A DNA stretch of 64,000 nucleotides from Dehalococcoidia bacterium (GCA_965200625.1 OZ241375.1:1896087-1960086); one strand, 5' to 3'. Counted from the stretch's first letter, positions 37,798 through 48,245 are shown. Made by a program: numbers and translations. Notes: generated by a model from the letters alone, not told the origin.

Positions 37798-39759
37798 TTA
37801 CCAGTCCAGGGCACGGCCTGCCAGGTCGAGGCGGCCGGCGGCGAGGCGCTCGCCGGGGACTGCCCGTAAGGCGTCGAGGACGGCTAGGGCCTGCTCGAGG
37901 CTGGCGTTCTCGAGCGGTAGATCGTCGAGCGCGGCTTGCAGTTCCTGCATTGCCGCCTGGCGGCGCTCGAGGAGTGACGCTTCCTCGGCGAAGGTCGGCG
38001 CGGTGGGGATGGCTCCCTGACCCGGCGTCTCTCCCTGAGCCTCGCCCAGTGGGGCCTGCGCGGCCTGTGCGTCTGCGCCGGGCGACTCCGCCTGGCCCGA
38101 TGCGGGACCGCCCGCATCGTCCAGATTGGCGTCGCCTGCACCGGCATTGTCCGCCTGGCCGGACTGCCCCGGCTGACCCGGCTGACCCGGTTGACCGGGT
38201 TGACCGGATTGCGCCGACTGGCCCGCCTGGGCGTCCGCCTGCGGCTCGGCGTCCTCGGCGAGCGCGTCCAGGAGTGCGTTAATGAGTTCCAGATTCTGTT
38301 TGGCGTCGCGCAGCGCCGGGGTTTCGCGCAGCGCCTCGATGTACGCCTGCCGCGCGCCGAGCAGGTCGCCGTTTGCCCAGCGGTGATTGCCCGTGTGGAA
38401 CCAGGCGCGGGCGCGGAGCGCGGCGTCGTCGGCGCGCAGCGCGGAGAGCGTCTCGGTCTCCGCGCGTTCATATTCGCCCAGCTGATGCAGCGCGCGGCCG
38501 GCGTTGAGCGCCAGGCGCGGATCGACGCCGCCGCCCGCGGCGGCGTCGATCCGCTGCGCCTCGCGCCAGGCGTCCAGCGCCTCGGTGTACGTGCCCGCTT
38601 CGTAGTGGGCGATGCCGTCGCGGTTGAGCTGGGCCGCGCTCGGGCCGCCGCAACCGTTGACGACCAGCAGCGAGGTCGCCAACGCGCCGACTGCGGTCGG
38701 ACCGAAGCGGCCGTCTCTCGACAGCCCGAAGACTCGCGCCGCCACTGATCCGAGGAGCAGGATCGCCGCCGCGCCGACGAACCACTGGAACTGCTCGGCC
38801 AGCGCCGTGTCCTCGACCACGACCGCGCGCACCTGATCGAGCGCCGCGAGGTCGGCGTTCAGGTCCGCCAACGCGCCGGGCTGGTCGAGCTCGAGGTAGC
38901 GGCCGCCGCCCGCAGCGGCGATTTGCTCCAGCTGCGCGGCGTCGAGGCTGGTGATGATCGGGCGGTTGGTGCGGACATCGAGCTTTGGCTCTCCGTCCCT
39001 GCCCTGCGGAATGGTCGCGCCGTCGGCGCTGCCGACGCCGATCGTGAACACCTGCACGCCCTGCGCGCGCGCCGCCGCGGCGGCGGCGGGGGCGTCGCCG
39101 CGATGCGCCTCGCCGTCGCTGACCACGGCGATGACGCCGTTGACCCGGCCGGCGCTGTCTCCCCCGCCATCCACGTTGTCATCCACCTCGGCAGCGCGGA
39201 CGATGGTGGCGGCGGCGAGATCGATGGCGTGGGCGAGGTTTGAGCCGGGTTCGACCAGCGCCTCGCCGGGCTGGAGCGCTTCCAGTACCTGCAAGGCGGC
39301 TTCGTGATCGCGGGTCAGGGGGAAGCGGAGGAAGGCGCTGCCGGCGAAGATGACCAGCCCCACGCGGTCGCCGCGCCGACCGTCGATCAGGCGGCGAAGC
39401 TCCGCCTGCGCCGCCGTGAAGCGGCTCACCGTCGCCTCGCCGCCGACGTCCACCGCCGCCATGCTCTGGGAGACGTCGAGGGCGATCACGAGGGAGAAAT
39501 CGGACAGGCCCAGCGTCTGCTCGCCCTCATGCCACTGGGGACGCGCGGCGGCGACGGCGAGCAGCGCCAGCGCCAGCAGCAGCAGGACGCGGGAGGCGGT
39601 TACGCCGCGTCGAACGCCGGCCACCGGCGCGCCGACGGCGGCGCGGTGCAGCCGCCGCGCCCGCCAGAGCCACCACCAACCGATCCCGGCGGCAGGCAGC
39701 AGCGCCAAGAGCGCTAACAGCGCGGGTTCACCCCAGGCCATCAGGGCGCCCGCCGCCAC
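37798..39759 (-). CDS. BatB-like vWA-domain + TPR membrane protein
   Basis: N-terminal TM, vWA MIDAS block SLVIALDVSQSM, C-terminal TPR repeats and a Q/P/G-rich linker. Confidence 0.75.
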   Translation of the reverse strand: MAAGALMAWGEPALLALLALLPAAGIGWWWLWRARRLHRAAVGAPVAGVRRGVTASRVLLLLALALLAVAAARPQWHEGEQTLGLSDFSLVIALDVSQSMAAVDVGGEATVSRFTAAQAELRRLIDGRRGDRVGLVIFAGSAFLRFPLTRDHEAALQVLEALQPGEALVEPGSNLAHAIDLAAATIVRAAEVDDNVDGGGDSAGRVNGVIAVVSDGEAHRGDAPAAAAAARAQGVQVFTIGVGSADGATIPQGRDGEPKLDVRTNRPIITSLDAAQLEQIAAAGGGRYLELDQPGALADLNADLAALDQVRAVVVEDTALAEQFQWFVGAAAILLLGSVAARVFGLSRDGRFGPTAVGALATSLLVVNGCGGPSAAQLNRDGIAHYEAGTYTEALDAWREAQRIDAAAGGGVDPRLALNAGRALHQLGEYERAETETLSALRADDAALRARAWFHTGNHRWANGDLLGARQAYIEALRETPALRDAKQNLELINALLDALAEDAEPQADAQAGQSAQSGQPGQPGQPGQPGQSGQADNAGAGDANLDDAGGPASGQAESPGADAQAAQAPLGEAQGETPGQGAIPTAPTFAEEASLLERRQAAMQELQAALDDLPLENASLEQALAVLDALRAVPGERLAAGRLDLAGRALDW

Positions 39760-40706
39760 CAGCTGGCGCGGAGCGCGAGCTCCAGCACGATTATGATCCC
39801 CGCGCTGAGCAGCAGCCAGGGCGCGAGCTCCTCTGTGGCGAGGAAGATCTCCTCACCGACGCGCTCGCGCTCCAGCGCCGAGATCGATTCGTAGGCCTCG
39901 GCCAACTCCCGCGCGTCGGCGGCGCGGAAGTAGACGCCGCCGGTTTCGTCGGCCATGTAGATCAGCGTGATCTCGTTGAAGCCCACGCCGACCTGGCGGA
40001 TCTGGGACGGCAGGCCGATCGTGTAGAGGCGCACGCCGGTCGCGCGGGCGACGGCGGCGGCCTGGTTGGGCGTGATGTCGGGCACGTTGTTCTCGCCGTC
40101 GGTCAGGACGACGACGATCCGCGAGGCGGCGTCGGAGCCGCGCAGCAGGTCGATCGCCTCCATCGTCGCCACGCCGAGCGCCGTGCCGTCCGGGAGCAGA
40201 CCGCTGCGCACGGAGACCTCCACCATCTCGTCGATCGCGTCGAGGTCGAGCGTGAGCGGGCTGAGCACCAACGCGCGGCGCTGGAACATGACCAGGCCGA
40301 TCCGGTCGCTGCCGCTGGCCTCGCGCTCGGCGACGAAGTCGCGGGCCACGCGCCGCGCCGCCTGCATCCGCGTTTCGTCGCCGCTCAGCCGCGCCGTCGC
40401 CATCGAGGAGGAGGCGTCGATCACGAGCACGATGTCGATGCCCTCGGCCGGCTGGACCGCCTCGACGGTCGTCGCCTGGGGCCGCGCGGCGGCGATGATG
40501 ATCAGGATCAGCGCGAGCGCGCGCAGGCCGCCGAGCAACGGCAGGACGCGCAGCCGGCGGCCCGGGCGGTCGCGCAGCGGCGGCGCGCCGTGCAGTTGGG
40601 GCAGCAGATAGCGCGGGCGCGTCAACCGCGCCTCGCGGCGCAGCAGCCAGAGATAGGGGAGCAGCAGCGCGAACAGCGCGAACAGGGCCGGATCGTCAAA
40701 TCTCAC
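39741..40706 (-). CDS. BatA-like vWA-domain membrane protein
   Basis: DIVLVIDASSSM MIDAS motif and two N-terminal TM helices. GTG start at 40706 forms a GTGA overlap with the upstream stop; the ORF-track start 41126 is an Arg-rich spurious extension. Confidence 0.75.
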   Translation of the reverse strand: MRFDDPALFALFALLLPYLWLLRREARLTRPRYLLPQLHGAPPLRDRPGRRLRVLPLLGGLRALALILIIIAAARPQATTVEAVQPAEGIDIVLVIDASSSMATARLSGDETRMQAARRVARDFVAEREASGSDRIGLVMFQRRALVLSPLTLDLDAIDEMVEVSVRSGLLPDGTALGVATMEAIDLLRGSDAASRIVVVLTDGENNVPDITPNQAAAVARATGVRLYTIGLPSQIRQVGVGFNEITLIYMADETGGVYFRAADARELAEAYESISALERERVGEEIFLATEELAPWLLLSAGIIIVLELALRASWWRRAP

Positions 40707-41605
40707 GACGCCTCTCCGTCCGCCCAGATCGCCTCCGCCAGCTGCAGGTAGCCGCGCAGCCGTTCGGGCGTCGGTTGCTCGCCGCCGTACTGGACGCGGT
40801 CGCAGGCTTCGAGCAGCCGCGTGGCGCGCAGCGCGATCACGCCCGGCGCGCCCGCGGCGGCCAGCGCCGGGCCGATCTCGGAGGCGGTCAGCGCGGCGGC
40901 GGGCAGCGTCCAGTCGGCGGCCAGCCGCGCGCGGACGGCGCTCGCCAGTTGACGGCACTGCTCCGCCGCGCCCAGCGTCGGATCCAGCTCGAACTGGACC
41001 GGAGCCGCCGCCTCTGCCTGAGTAGCGGCACGGGCGGGCGCGGCGCGTTGGCCGCGCCGCACGCGGCGGCGGACGACGCGGGCGAGCACGAAACCGAGAC
41101 CGATCCCGATGAACGCGACGATCCATGGCGCAAAGGTGCGGCGCTCGTCCTCAAGCGCGTCGGGGGCGGTGAGCGGCCGCGCCTCCGCGCTCTCGCCGAG
41201 CACGGAGAGGACGGCAATCGAGACGGACGGGAGCGTGAGCTCGCTCCCTGAGCCGTCGGCGCGCTGGACGGCAATGCTCGGCAGGGCGGCCGCGAAGACG
41301 CCTGTGGCGAAGGCGCGGGTCGGGAAGGTGATCAGCGTTTCCGTCTCGCTGACCGCCGTGATCACCGGCGCGGACGGTTCCAGCTCGCCCAGCTGGACGA
41401 CGACGCCGTCGAACTGGACTTGCTCGTCCGCAGCGTGCTGGATGCGGACGCGAATCTCGACGGGGTCGCCAATCGTCAGACCGCCGTCGGGGACGACCGT
41501 CACGGTGGCGGTCGGCGCTTGCGCCAGCGCCGCGCTGAGCAGGATGACCGCCGCAACGGCTGCGCAGCTGACGGTTCCGCAGATGACCGCCGCCGCGCGG
41601 ATCAC
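40703..41605 (-). CDS. Membrane protein of Bat-type operon (DUF4381-like), hypothetical
   Basis: N-terminal signal/TM plus a mid TM helix. GTG start at 41605 in a GTGA overlap with the DUF58 stop. Confidence 0.45.
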   Translation of the reverse strand: MIRAAAVICGTVSCAAVAAVILLSAALAQAPTATVTVVPDGGLTIGDPVEIRVRIQHAADEQVQFDGVVVQLGELEPSAPVITAVSETETLITFPTRAFATGVFAAALPSIAVQRADGSGSELTLPSVSIAVLSVLGESAEARPLTAPDALEDERRTFAPWIVAFIGIGLGFVLARVVRRRVRRGQRAAPARAATQAEAAAPVQFELDPTLGAAEQCRQLASAVRARLAADWTLPAAALTASEIGPALAAAGAPGVIALRATRLLEACDRVQYGGEQPTPERLRGYLQLAEAIWADGEAS

Positions 41606-42552
41606 GGACGACTCCGGCGTTGACGGAAGAGGCTGACGAGCGGCGGGACCCAGTCCTCGGTGCTGTCGAGGAGCATAGCGTCGCAGCCGCACTGGCGCAG
41701 GCGCGTCAGGATGCTGCTGCGCTCCGCTTCCAGCGCGCGCTGCTGGGTTTGGGCGCTGCGTTCGTCGGCGAGGAGCAGGTCTCCACGCTCCGCGCCGCCC
41801 CAGTGCACGAGCGTCCGCCGCGCCGGATCCGCCAGCGCCGTTTCCCGCGCGTCGCGGAGGCAGACGGCGACCACGTCGTGGCGGCGGCTGAGTTGCGCCA
41901 GCGCTGGTTCCCAGACGTGGTCGGGATGAGTGGCGACGAAGTCGGAGATCACGATCACGACGCCGCGCTTGCGCATCACGCGGCCGGCGTAGCGCAAGGC
42001 GCGGGCGAGCTCGGTCCGCCCGCCGGCTTTCAGGGTCAACAGATCGCGCAGGATGCGCAGGACGTGGCTCGCGCCCTTGGCCGGCGGCACGGCGAGCACG
42101 ACGTCGTCGGTGAACGCGGCCAGACCGACCAGATCGTTGGCCGCCGCCGCCGCCAGCCCCAGTCCGCCGGCGATCTCCACGGCGCGGTCGCGCACTGACG
42201 GCCCGGAGGCGGCAAAGCCCATCGAGGCGGAGACGTCGACCAGAATCAGGACGGTCTGCTCGCGCTCCTCAACGTAGCGGCGCACGACCGGGGCGCGACG
42301 GCGGGCGGTCGCCTTCCAGTCGATGCTGCGGACGTCGTCGCCGGCGTGGTAGGGCTGCAGCTCGGCGAATTCGAGTCCGCGCCCGCGGAAGGCGGTGCGG
42401 TACTCGCCGGCCAGCGCCTCGCGCAGGGCGCGACGCGCGCGCACCTCGATCTGCCGCACCTGGCGGCGCACGTCGTCGAGCGTCGGCGCGGTCGCGGCCG
42501 CCGCCGGGACGGGCGGCGCGATCCATTCACGAATCCGTTGCAGGCGGGGCAT
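41602..42552 (-). CDS. DUF58 (vWA-like) protein
   Basis: DDVRSIDWKATARRRAPVVRRYVEE DUF58 signature. Confidence 0.8.
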   Translation of the reverse strand: MPRLQRIREWIAPPVPAAAATAPTLDDVRRQVRQIEVRARRALREALAGEYRTAFRGRGLEFAELQPYHAGDDVRSIDWKATARRRAPVVRRYVEEREQTVLILVDVSASMGFAASGPSVRDRAVEIAGGLGLAAAAANDLVGLAAFTDDVVLAVPPAKGASHVLRILRDLLTLKAGGRTELARALRYAGRVMRKRGVVIVISDFVATHPDHVWEPALAQLSRRHDVVAVCLRDARETALADPARRTLVHWGGAERGDLLLADERSAQTQQRALEAERSSILTRLRQCGCDAMLLDSTEDWVPPLVSLFRQRRSRP

Positions 42553-42560
42553 GGCCAGAC

Positions 42561-43793
42561 CTAGGGCATCGGCAGCGTCGTCAGCAACCGCGCGATCAGG
42601 TCGTCGGCGCTGACCGCGTCGGCCTCCGCCTCATAGCTCAGGACGAGGCGGTGGCGGAGCGCGTCGAGTGCCATCGCCTTGACGTCGTCGGGCGTGGCGT
42701 AGTCGCGGCCTCCGAGCCAGGCGAGGGCGCGGGCGCTCATCGCCAGAGCGGTCGTCGCGCGGGGGGAGGCACCGAATTCGACGTACGCGGCCAGCTCCCG
42801 CACCGCGCGGCCCGGCGCGCGGGTCGCGCGGACGAGCTGCACGATGTAATCGCGCAGACGCGGCTCCATCCGCACCCCGCTCACCGCCCGGCGGGCGGCT
42901 AGCACCTCGCCCAGGCTGAGCACAGGGTCAACCGCGACCTGCTCGCCGGCGAGCGTGCGGTCGAGCACCTCGCGCTCATCCAACTCGCCCGGATAGTCGA
43001 CGCGCACGTTGAGCAGGAAGCGGTCAAGCTGCGCCTCGGGCAGGGGATAGGTGCCTTCCTGTTCGATCGGGTTCTGGGTCGCCAGGACGAGGAACGGCGC
43101 GGGCAGGGGAAAGGTCTCGCCGCCGATCGAGACCTGGCGCTCCTGCATCGCCTCGAGCAGCGCCGACTGGACTTTGGCCGGGGCGCGGTTGATCTCGTCG
43201 GCGAGCAGGACATTGGTGAAGATCGGCCCGCGGCGCACCTCGAAGCGCGATTCGACGGCGTTGTAGATCTCAGAGCCGGTCAGGTCGGCGGGCAGCAGGT
43301 CCGGAGTGAACTGGAGCCGCGCGTAGCCGGCGTCGAGGCAGCGGGCGAGCGTCGAAACGGTCAACGACTTGGCCAGGCCGGGCACGCCCTCGACCAAGCA
43401 GTGGCCGTCGCAGAGCAGCGCGACCAGCAGGCGCGTCACAAGCGCGTCCTGGCCGACGATCACGCGGCCAATTTCGCGGCGCAGCGCGGCAAACGGAGAA
43501 TCGTCCGGCAGCGCGGCCAGCGTCGGCGTCGGCAGCGTTGACAGGGGAGCGGGTTCGGCGGCGGACTCCGCAGCGGACGCGCGCGGCGGGGCGCTGGCAG
43601 CTGCGGTTGGCTGCGGTCGATCGCCTCTGGCCCACTCCGACACGTCGCGCCTGCCCTTCCTGCCCAGAGTTCTGCCCGCGGCCCGCCGCCCGGCAGCGCT
43701 GGAGCGGCCCGCCGCCCGGCAGCGCGGCGCTGCCCGCCGCCCGGCAGCGCTGGCGCTGCCTCGCCGTTCAGTGTATCCACGAACGCCTACCAT
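42561..43793 (-). CDS. MoxR-family AAA+ ATPase (N-terminus/start uncertain)
   Basis: GVPGLAKS Walker [10 protein letters not shown], MoxR C-terminal domain. The first roughly 100 codons are Ala/Arg-rich and overlie a tandem repeat, so the true start is probably further downstream. Confidence 0.8.
   Translation of the reverse strand: MVGVRGYTERRGSASAAGRRAAPRCRAAGRSSAAGRRAAGRTLGRKGRRDVSEWARGDRPQPTAAASAPPRASAAESAAEPAPLSTLPTPTLAALPDDSPFAALRREIGRVIVGQDALVTRLLVALLCDGHCLVEGVPGLAKSLTVSTLARCLDAGYARLQFTPDLLPADLTGSEIYNAVESRFEVRRGPIFTNVLLADEINRAPAKVQSALLEAMQERQVSIGGETFPLPAPFLVLATQNPIEQEGTYPLPEAQLDRFLLNVRVDYPGELDEREVLDRTLAGEQVAVDPVLSLGEVLAARRAVSGVRMEPRLRDYIVQLVRATRAPGRAVRELAAYVEFGASPRATTALAMSARALAWLGGRDYATPDDVKAMALDALRHRLVLSYEAEADAVSADDLIARLLTTLPMP
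43678..43760. repeat. About 26-bp tandem repeat x3 (CCCGCCGCCCGGCAGCGCTGG...)
   Basis: Seen directly in the 5' end / promoter region of the moxR ORF. Confidence 0.7.
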
Positions 43794-43857
43794 TCACGCA
43801 CGCCCCGTTGTCCCGGTCACGACAGGGGCAGGGGCGAGAAAGTGAACGGTGATCATC

Positions 43858-44832
43858 ATGCGCTTCGGGATCGGCGTGGGCAATATGAACGGGTTCAACG
43901 ACGAGTCGGGGCCCAACGCCTGCATCGACGTCGCCCAGGCGGCGGAGGATCTGGGCTTCGATTCCGTCTGGACCAACGATCACATCGTCGTCCCGACCCA
44001 GATCGAATCGCGCTATCCCTACAACGATCTGGGAGAGTTCCCCGCGCCCTCAACGATTCAGTGCTTCGATCCGCTGACCGTGATGTGCGCGTTGGCGGAG
44101 GCGACGCAGGCGGTTGAGATCGGCTGCTCGGTGCTGGTCATTCCCTATCGTCACCCGGCGGTGGTGGCGAAGATGCTCGCCGCCGCCGACCAGATTTCCG
44201 GCGGGCGGATCGTGCTCGGCGCGGGCGTCGGATGGATGCGCGAGGAGTTCGAGGCGCTCGGCCTGCCCGATCTGCACTACCGCCGGCGCGGCGCGGTGAC
44301 GAACGAGTATCTGCGCGCGATGCGGGAAATGTGGAACAATCCCGGCCCGTCGTCGTTCCACGGTCAGTTCGTCCAGTTCGAGAACGTCGGCGCGTATCCG
44401 AAGCCGGTGCGGAGCGAGGACGGCGGCGTGATTCCGATCATGATCGGCGGCAACGGGATCAACGCCTGGCGCCGCGCCTCGCGCTACGGCGACGGCTTCC
44501 ACGCGGCGTTCCAGACGGTCGAGAACCTGGCCGTCGAGGTGGAGGGCGTGCGCCGCGCCTGCGAGCGCGACCGCCGCGATCCGGACGAACTGGAAATCCA
44601 GATGCTCCAGGCGCTGCGCCCCGCAACGACGGCGCTGGACGAGGACGAACGCCCCCTGCTGCACGGCTCGCCCGACCAAATCGCCGCCGACCTGCTCGCC
44701 TTCGGCCGGGCCGGCCTGGAGCACCTGATCGCGACGCCGATGATGATCAACCCCGAAGGCGCGACCACCGTGGAGCGGGTGATCAACAGTATGCAGTTCA
44801 TCAGCGATGAAATCCTGCCAGCGTTCTCCTAG
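43858..44832 (+). CDS. LLM-class (luciferase-like) flavin/F420-dependent oxidoreductase
   Basis: MRFGIGVG...LGFDSVWTNDHI N-terminal TIM-barrel pattern of the LLM family. Confidence 0.8.
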   Translation: MRFGIGVGNMNGFNDESGPNACIDVAQAAEDLGFDSVWTNDHIVVPTQIESRYPYNDLGEFPAPSTIQCFDPLTVMCALAEATQAVEIGCSVLVIPYRHPAVVAKMLAAADQISGGRIVLGAGVGWMREEFEALGLPDLHYRRRGAVTNEYLRAMREMWNNPGPSSFHGQFVQFENVGAYPKPVRSEDGGVIPIMIGGNGINAWRRASRYGDGFHAAFQTVENLAVEVEGVRRACERDRRDPDELEIQMLQALRPATTALDEDERPLLHGSPDQIAADLLAFGRAGLEHLIATPMMINPEGATTVERVINSMQFISDEILPAFS

Positions 44833-44854
44833 CGCTGGGGAGATCGGCTCAATG

Positions 44855-44975
44855 CGCAACTCCCATTTCCTCTCTCCCCCCGCTTTGCGGGGGGAGATGC
44901 CGAAGGCAGAGGGGGGAGAGCGGGGAACCCCCCTTCAGTCGCTCCGCGACAGCTTCCCCCCAGAGGGGGGAAGCA
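44855..44975. repeat. MITE-like palindromic repeat copy (CCCCTTCAGTCGCTCCGCGACAGCTTCCCCCCAGAGGGGGGAAGC)
   Basis: Same motif family. Confidence 0.75.
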
Positions 44976-45027
44976 AGACTCACGCGAAGGTCTGCCGGCG
45001 GCGTAACGACGCACCAGGAGGAAGACA

Positions 45028-46005
45028 ATGAAATTCGGCATCCCGATTGGCAACTTTGGCACGGCGGGGAAGTACGGCGGCGTCAATGAGGTGATCGACA
45101 TCGCCGAGCGGGCGGAGCTGCTGGGCTTTGACTCGGTCTGGGTGCATGACCACATCTTCATGCCCGCCAGCATCAAGTCGCGCTATCCCTACAACGACTC
45201 CGGCGTGGCTGGCTTTGCCTACCACCAGGACATCATGGATCCGCTGGCCGTGATGTCGGCGGTGGCGGTGCGCACGTCCGAGATTCAGATCGGCACCTCG
45301 GTGCTGATCGTGCCCTACCGCGACCCGCTCTTCCAGGCGCAGAGCATTGCGACCATTGACCAGCTCTCGGAGGGCCGCGTGCTGCTCGGCATCGGCGTGG
45401 GCTGGATGGAAGAGGAGTTCGCCGCGCTGGGGCTGGAAGGCGAGCCGTTCACGCGGCGCGGCGCGCTGACGGATGAGTGGATGGCGATCGCGATCAGCGC
45501 CTGGACGCACGGCGTCAACCGCGAGCCGATCACGCATGAGGGGCACTTCCGCGAGTTCGAGAATCTGGGCGGGCTGTGCGGCTGCTACCAGCAACCGCAC
45601 GTGCCGATCTGGGTCGGCGGCAAGGGCCGCATCGCCGCCCGCCGCGTCGCCCGTTACGGCACGGGCTATCACACGATCACCTCGACGCCTGAGCAGATTC
45701 GGGCAGAGCTGGCGATCGTCGAGGAAGAGATGGACAACGCCGGGCGCGAGCTGGCGGAGCTGGAGATCTCCATGCTCGGGCCAATGGTGCTGCTCGACGG
45801 CGACCCGGACAGCGTGCGCGGTTTCCCGGCGGTGGTCGGCGGCTCGCGGGACGAGATCGTCGACACGCTCGGGCAGTACGAGGAGGCGGGTCTGGAGCAC
45901 GCCCTGACGATCCCCGCCTACCAAACACCCAACTGGGACGTCCCCCCCGACCAGCAAATGCAGGCCATGGCGGAGCTGGCGGAGATCGCAGAGGAACTGC
46001 GCTAG
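45028..46005 (+). CDS. LLM-class flavin/F420-dependent oxidoreductase (paralog)
   Basis: MKFGIPIGNFG...LGFDSVWVHDHI. Confidence 0.8.
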   Translation: MKFGIPIGNFGTAGKYGGVNEVIDIAERAELLGFDSVWVHDHIFMPASIKSRYPYNDSGVAGFAYHQDIMDPLAVMSAVAVRTSEIQIGTSVLIVPYRDPLFQAQSIATIDQLSEGRVLLGIGVGWMEEEFAALGLEGEPFTRRGALTDEWMAIAISAWTHGVNREPITHEGHFREFENLGGLCGCYQQPHVPIWVGGKGRIAARRVARYGTGYHTITSTPEQIRAELAIVEEEMDNAGRELAELEISMLGPMVLLDGDPDSVRGFPAVVGGSRDEIVDTLGQYEEAGLEHALTIPAYQTPNWDVPPDQQMQAMAELAEIAEELR

Positions 46006-46009
46006 TCCC

Positions 46010-46500
46010 GCACCGCTCTCCCGCCCCTCCCGCCGCGGCAATCTCGCCGCGCCCTGCAGAGCGGTTCGTGCTGGACGCGGCGAGATACCCGCGACGGAGT
46101 CGCGGGTATGACGGAGTGGTCGACGTCGCGGGTTATGACGGTGCGGGGGTGCGGGTATGACGGGGGTTGAGCGTCGCGCCCATGTTCCTGGGGCGGGCGC
46201 TCCCCTTCAGTCCTTCCGGGACAGCTTCCCCCCAGAGGGGGAGGCGAGCTCCTCCCGCCGTCATTGCCGCGCCCCGCCGCGGCAATCTCGCCGCGCCCTG
46301 CAGAGTGGTTCGTGCTGGACGCGGCGAGATACCCGCGACTCCGTCGCGGGTATGACGGAGTGGTCGACGTCGCGGGTATGACGGAGTAGAGGCGCGGGTA
46401 TGACGGGGGTTGCGCGTCGCGCCCATTTTCCTGGGGCGGACGCCCCCTCAGTCGCTCCGCGACAGCTCCCCCGGAGGGGGAGCGCTGAAAGCCTTGCCTT
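46010..46500. repeat. Composite repeat region containing a roughly 244-bp unit duplicated in tandem (about 46031-46274 and 46275-46490)
   Basis: Modules CGCCGCGGCAATCTCGCCGCGCCCTGCAGAG, GCGGCGAGATACCCGCGAC...GTCGCGGGTATGACGGAG and the CCCCTTCAGTC hairpin occur twice in the same order. Confidence 0.8.
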
Positions 46501-46548
46501 TGTTCCTGCGTGGACGCCTAGACTGCGCGCTGGGATGGAGGGTTTGTT

Positions 46549-47463
46549 ATGTCCAAGCCGGTCGTGATTGAGGCGGCGATTAATGGGGCGACGCCGCAGG
46601 CTCGGAATCCGCACTCGCCGCGGTCGGTGGCGGAGATTGCGGCCGATGCGGTGCGGGCGCTCGATGCGGGGGCGGCGATTGTGCACAACCACAACGATGA
46701 CGCGGTTGTCCACAGCCAGCCGCGGACGACGGCGGGTTGGCACGATCCGCAGCCCTACATCGACGCCTGGCGCGAGGTGCTGGCGCAGCGGTCGGACGCG
46801 ATTCTCTATCCGACGATGGGCTCGGGCGGGCGCGACTCCGAGATTGCGGTGCGCTACTCCCATCTGCCCGCCCTGAACGAGGCTGGCGTGCTGGGGCAGG
46901 GACTGATCGATCCGGGCTGCGTGGGCCTCGGTCCCGCCGACGAGCACGGCCTGCCGGCCCCGACCGACAACGTGTACATCAACACTTACCGCGACGCCCG
47001 CTACATGTTCGAGACCTGCCAGCGGATGGGTCGCGGCGCGTCGATCTCGATCTTCGAGCCGGGCTTCCTCCGCGTCGTGCTCGCCTATCACGCGCGGGGG
47101 CTGGTGCCGCAAGGATCGCTGGTCAAGCTCTACTTCGGGGGGATGGAACGCGGGCCGCTGGGCTTTGGCATGTTCCCCACGGAGCCGTGTCTGGACGCGT
47201 ATCTCTCGATGCTTGAGGGCACGGGGCTGGAGTGGTCGGTGGCGATCCTCGGCGGCGACTGCGTGGGCAGCGGCTTCGCGCGGCTGGCGCTGGAGCGGGG
47301 CGGACATCTCCGCGTCGGGCTGGAGGATTTCTACCAGGGCGCGCGGACGCCGACGAACACCGAGCTGCTCGAGGAGGCGGTCAGCCTCTGCGACGAGGTC
47401 GGGCGGCCGGTGGCGACGCCGTCGGAGGCGCGGGCGCTGCTGGGTCTGCCGGCGAGCCAGTAG
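46549..47463 (+). CDS. 3-keto-5-aminohexanoate cleavage enzyme family (BKACE/DUF849) protein
   Basis: VVIEAAINGA...AIVHNHNDD N-terminal TIM-barrel pattern of the BKACE family. Confidence 0.7.
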   Translation: MSKPVVIEAAINGATPQARNPHSPRSVAEIAADAVRALDAGAAIVHNHNDDAVVHSQPRTTAGWHDPQPYIDAWREVLAQRSDAILYPTMGSGGRDSEIAVRYSHLPALNEAGVLGQGLIDPGCVGLGPADEHGLPAPTDNVYINTYRDARYMFETCQRMGRGASISIFEPGFLRVVLAYHARGLVPQGSLVKLYFGGMERGPLGFGMFPTEPCLDAYLSMLEGTGLEWSVAILGGDCVGSGFARLALERGGHLRVGLEDFYQGARTPTNTELLEEAVSLCDEVGRPVATPSEARALLGLPASQ

Positions 47464-47487
47464 CCCCCATTTGCAAAGGAGCGAACG

Positions 47488-47991
47488 ATGTATGAGATGC
47501 AATCCGAGACCTTGCGCGACTTCCTCGAACGGCCGCTGCCCGCCATCCTGGCGACGCTGCGGCGGGACGGCAGCCCGTACACGATCCCGCTCTGGTACCT
47601 GTGGGAGGGCGACGTACCGGACGACGTGCATCCGCTCCACAATCCGCCGCGCGGCTGCGCCTGGTTCCTCGGCGGCGAGACGAGCACCTGGGTCCGCCAC
47701 CTCCAGCGCGACCCGCGTATGTCGCTCTGCATCGACGTGGAGGGCCCGCCGGCGATGCACGTCGGGATCGACGGCACGGCGGAGCTCCTGACTGCAGCAG
47801 AGACCGACCCCTGGCCGTTGATGCGCCAGCTGGTGGAGAAGTATGTGGGGCGCGGCGATCCGGCGAACGCCGAGGCGGTCGAGGGTTACTTGGAGTCAAC
47901 GCGTTCAATGTCACCGATCCTGTTCAAGGCGACGCCGACCAGGTGGCGGACGATTGATCTGTCCAGGTTCGAGCCGGGCCAGGACGCCTAG
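47488..47991 (+). CDS. PPOX-class (pyridoxamine 5'-phosphate oxidase-like) F420/FMN-binding split-barrel protein
   Basis: 167 aa; LATLRRDGSPYTIPLWY pattern. Confidence 0.7.
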   Translation: MYEMQSETLRDFLERPLPAILATLRRDGSPYTIPLWYLWEGDVPDDVHPLHNPPRGCAWFLGGETSTWVRHLQRDPRMSLCIDVEGPPAMHVGIDGTAELLTAAETDPWPLMRQLVEKYVGRGDPANAEAVEGYLESTRSMSPILFKATPTRWRTIDLSRFEPGQDA

Positions 47992-47994
47992 GGC

Positions 47995-48245
47995 GGCGGG
48001 CGGCCCCCCTTCAGTCGCTCCGCGACAGCTTCCCCCCGGAGGGGGGAAGCGAGTTCCTCCCGCCGTCATTGCCGCACAGAGCAGAGCGGTTCGTGCTGGG
48101 CGCGGCGAGATACCCGCAACGAAGTCGCGGGTATGACGGAGAGGGATGGCGCGGATCTGACGGTGTGGATGGCGTGGCCGGTGTGACGGAGGTTGAGGGG
48201 GGCGCCGTCGTCGGAGCGTTGGGGTTTGGGTGGGTAGAATGCGCT
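47995..48245. repeat. MITE-like repeat copy
   Basis: Same modules as the 46.0-46.5 kb region. Confidence 0.8.

Noticed and set aside
40707-41126. 140-aa N-terminal extension of the BatA-like ORF
   Set aside because: Arg-rich and out of character; it overlaps the upstream DUF4381-like gene. A GTG at 40706 gives a canonical GTGA coupling and a normal BatA N-terminus with TM helices.
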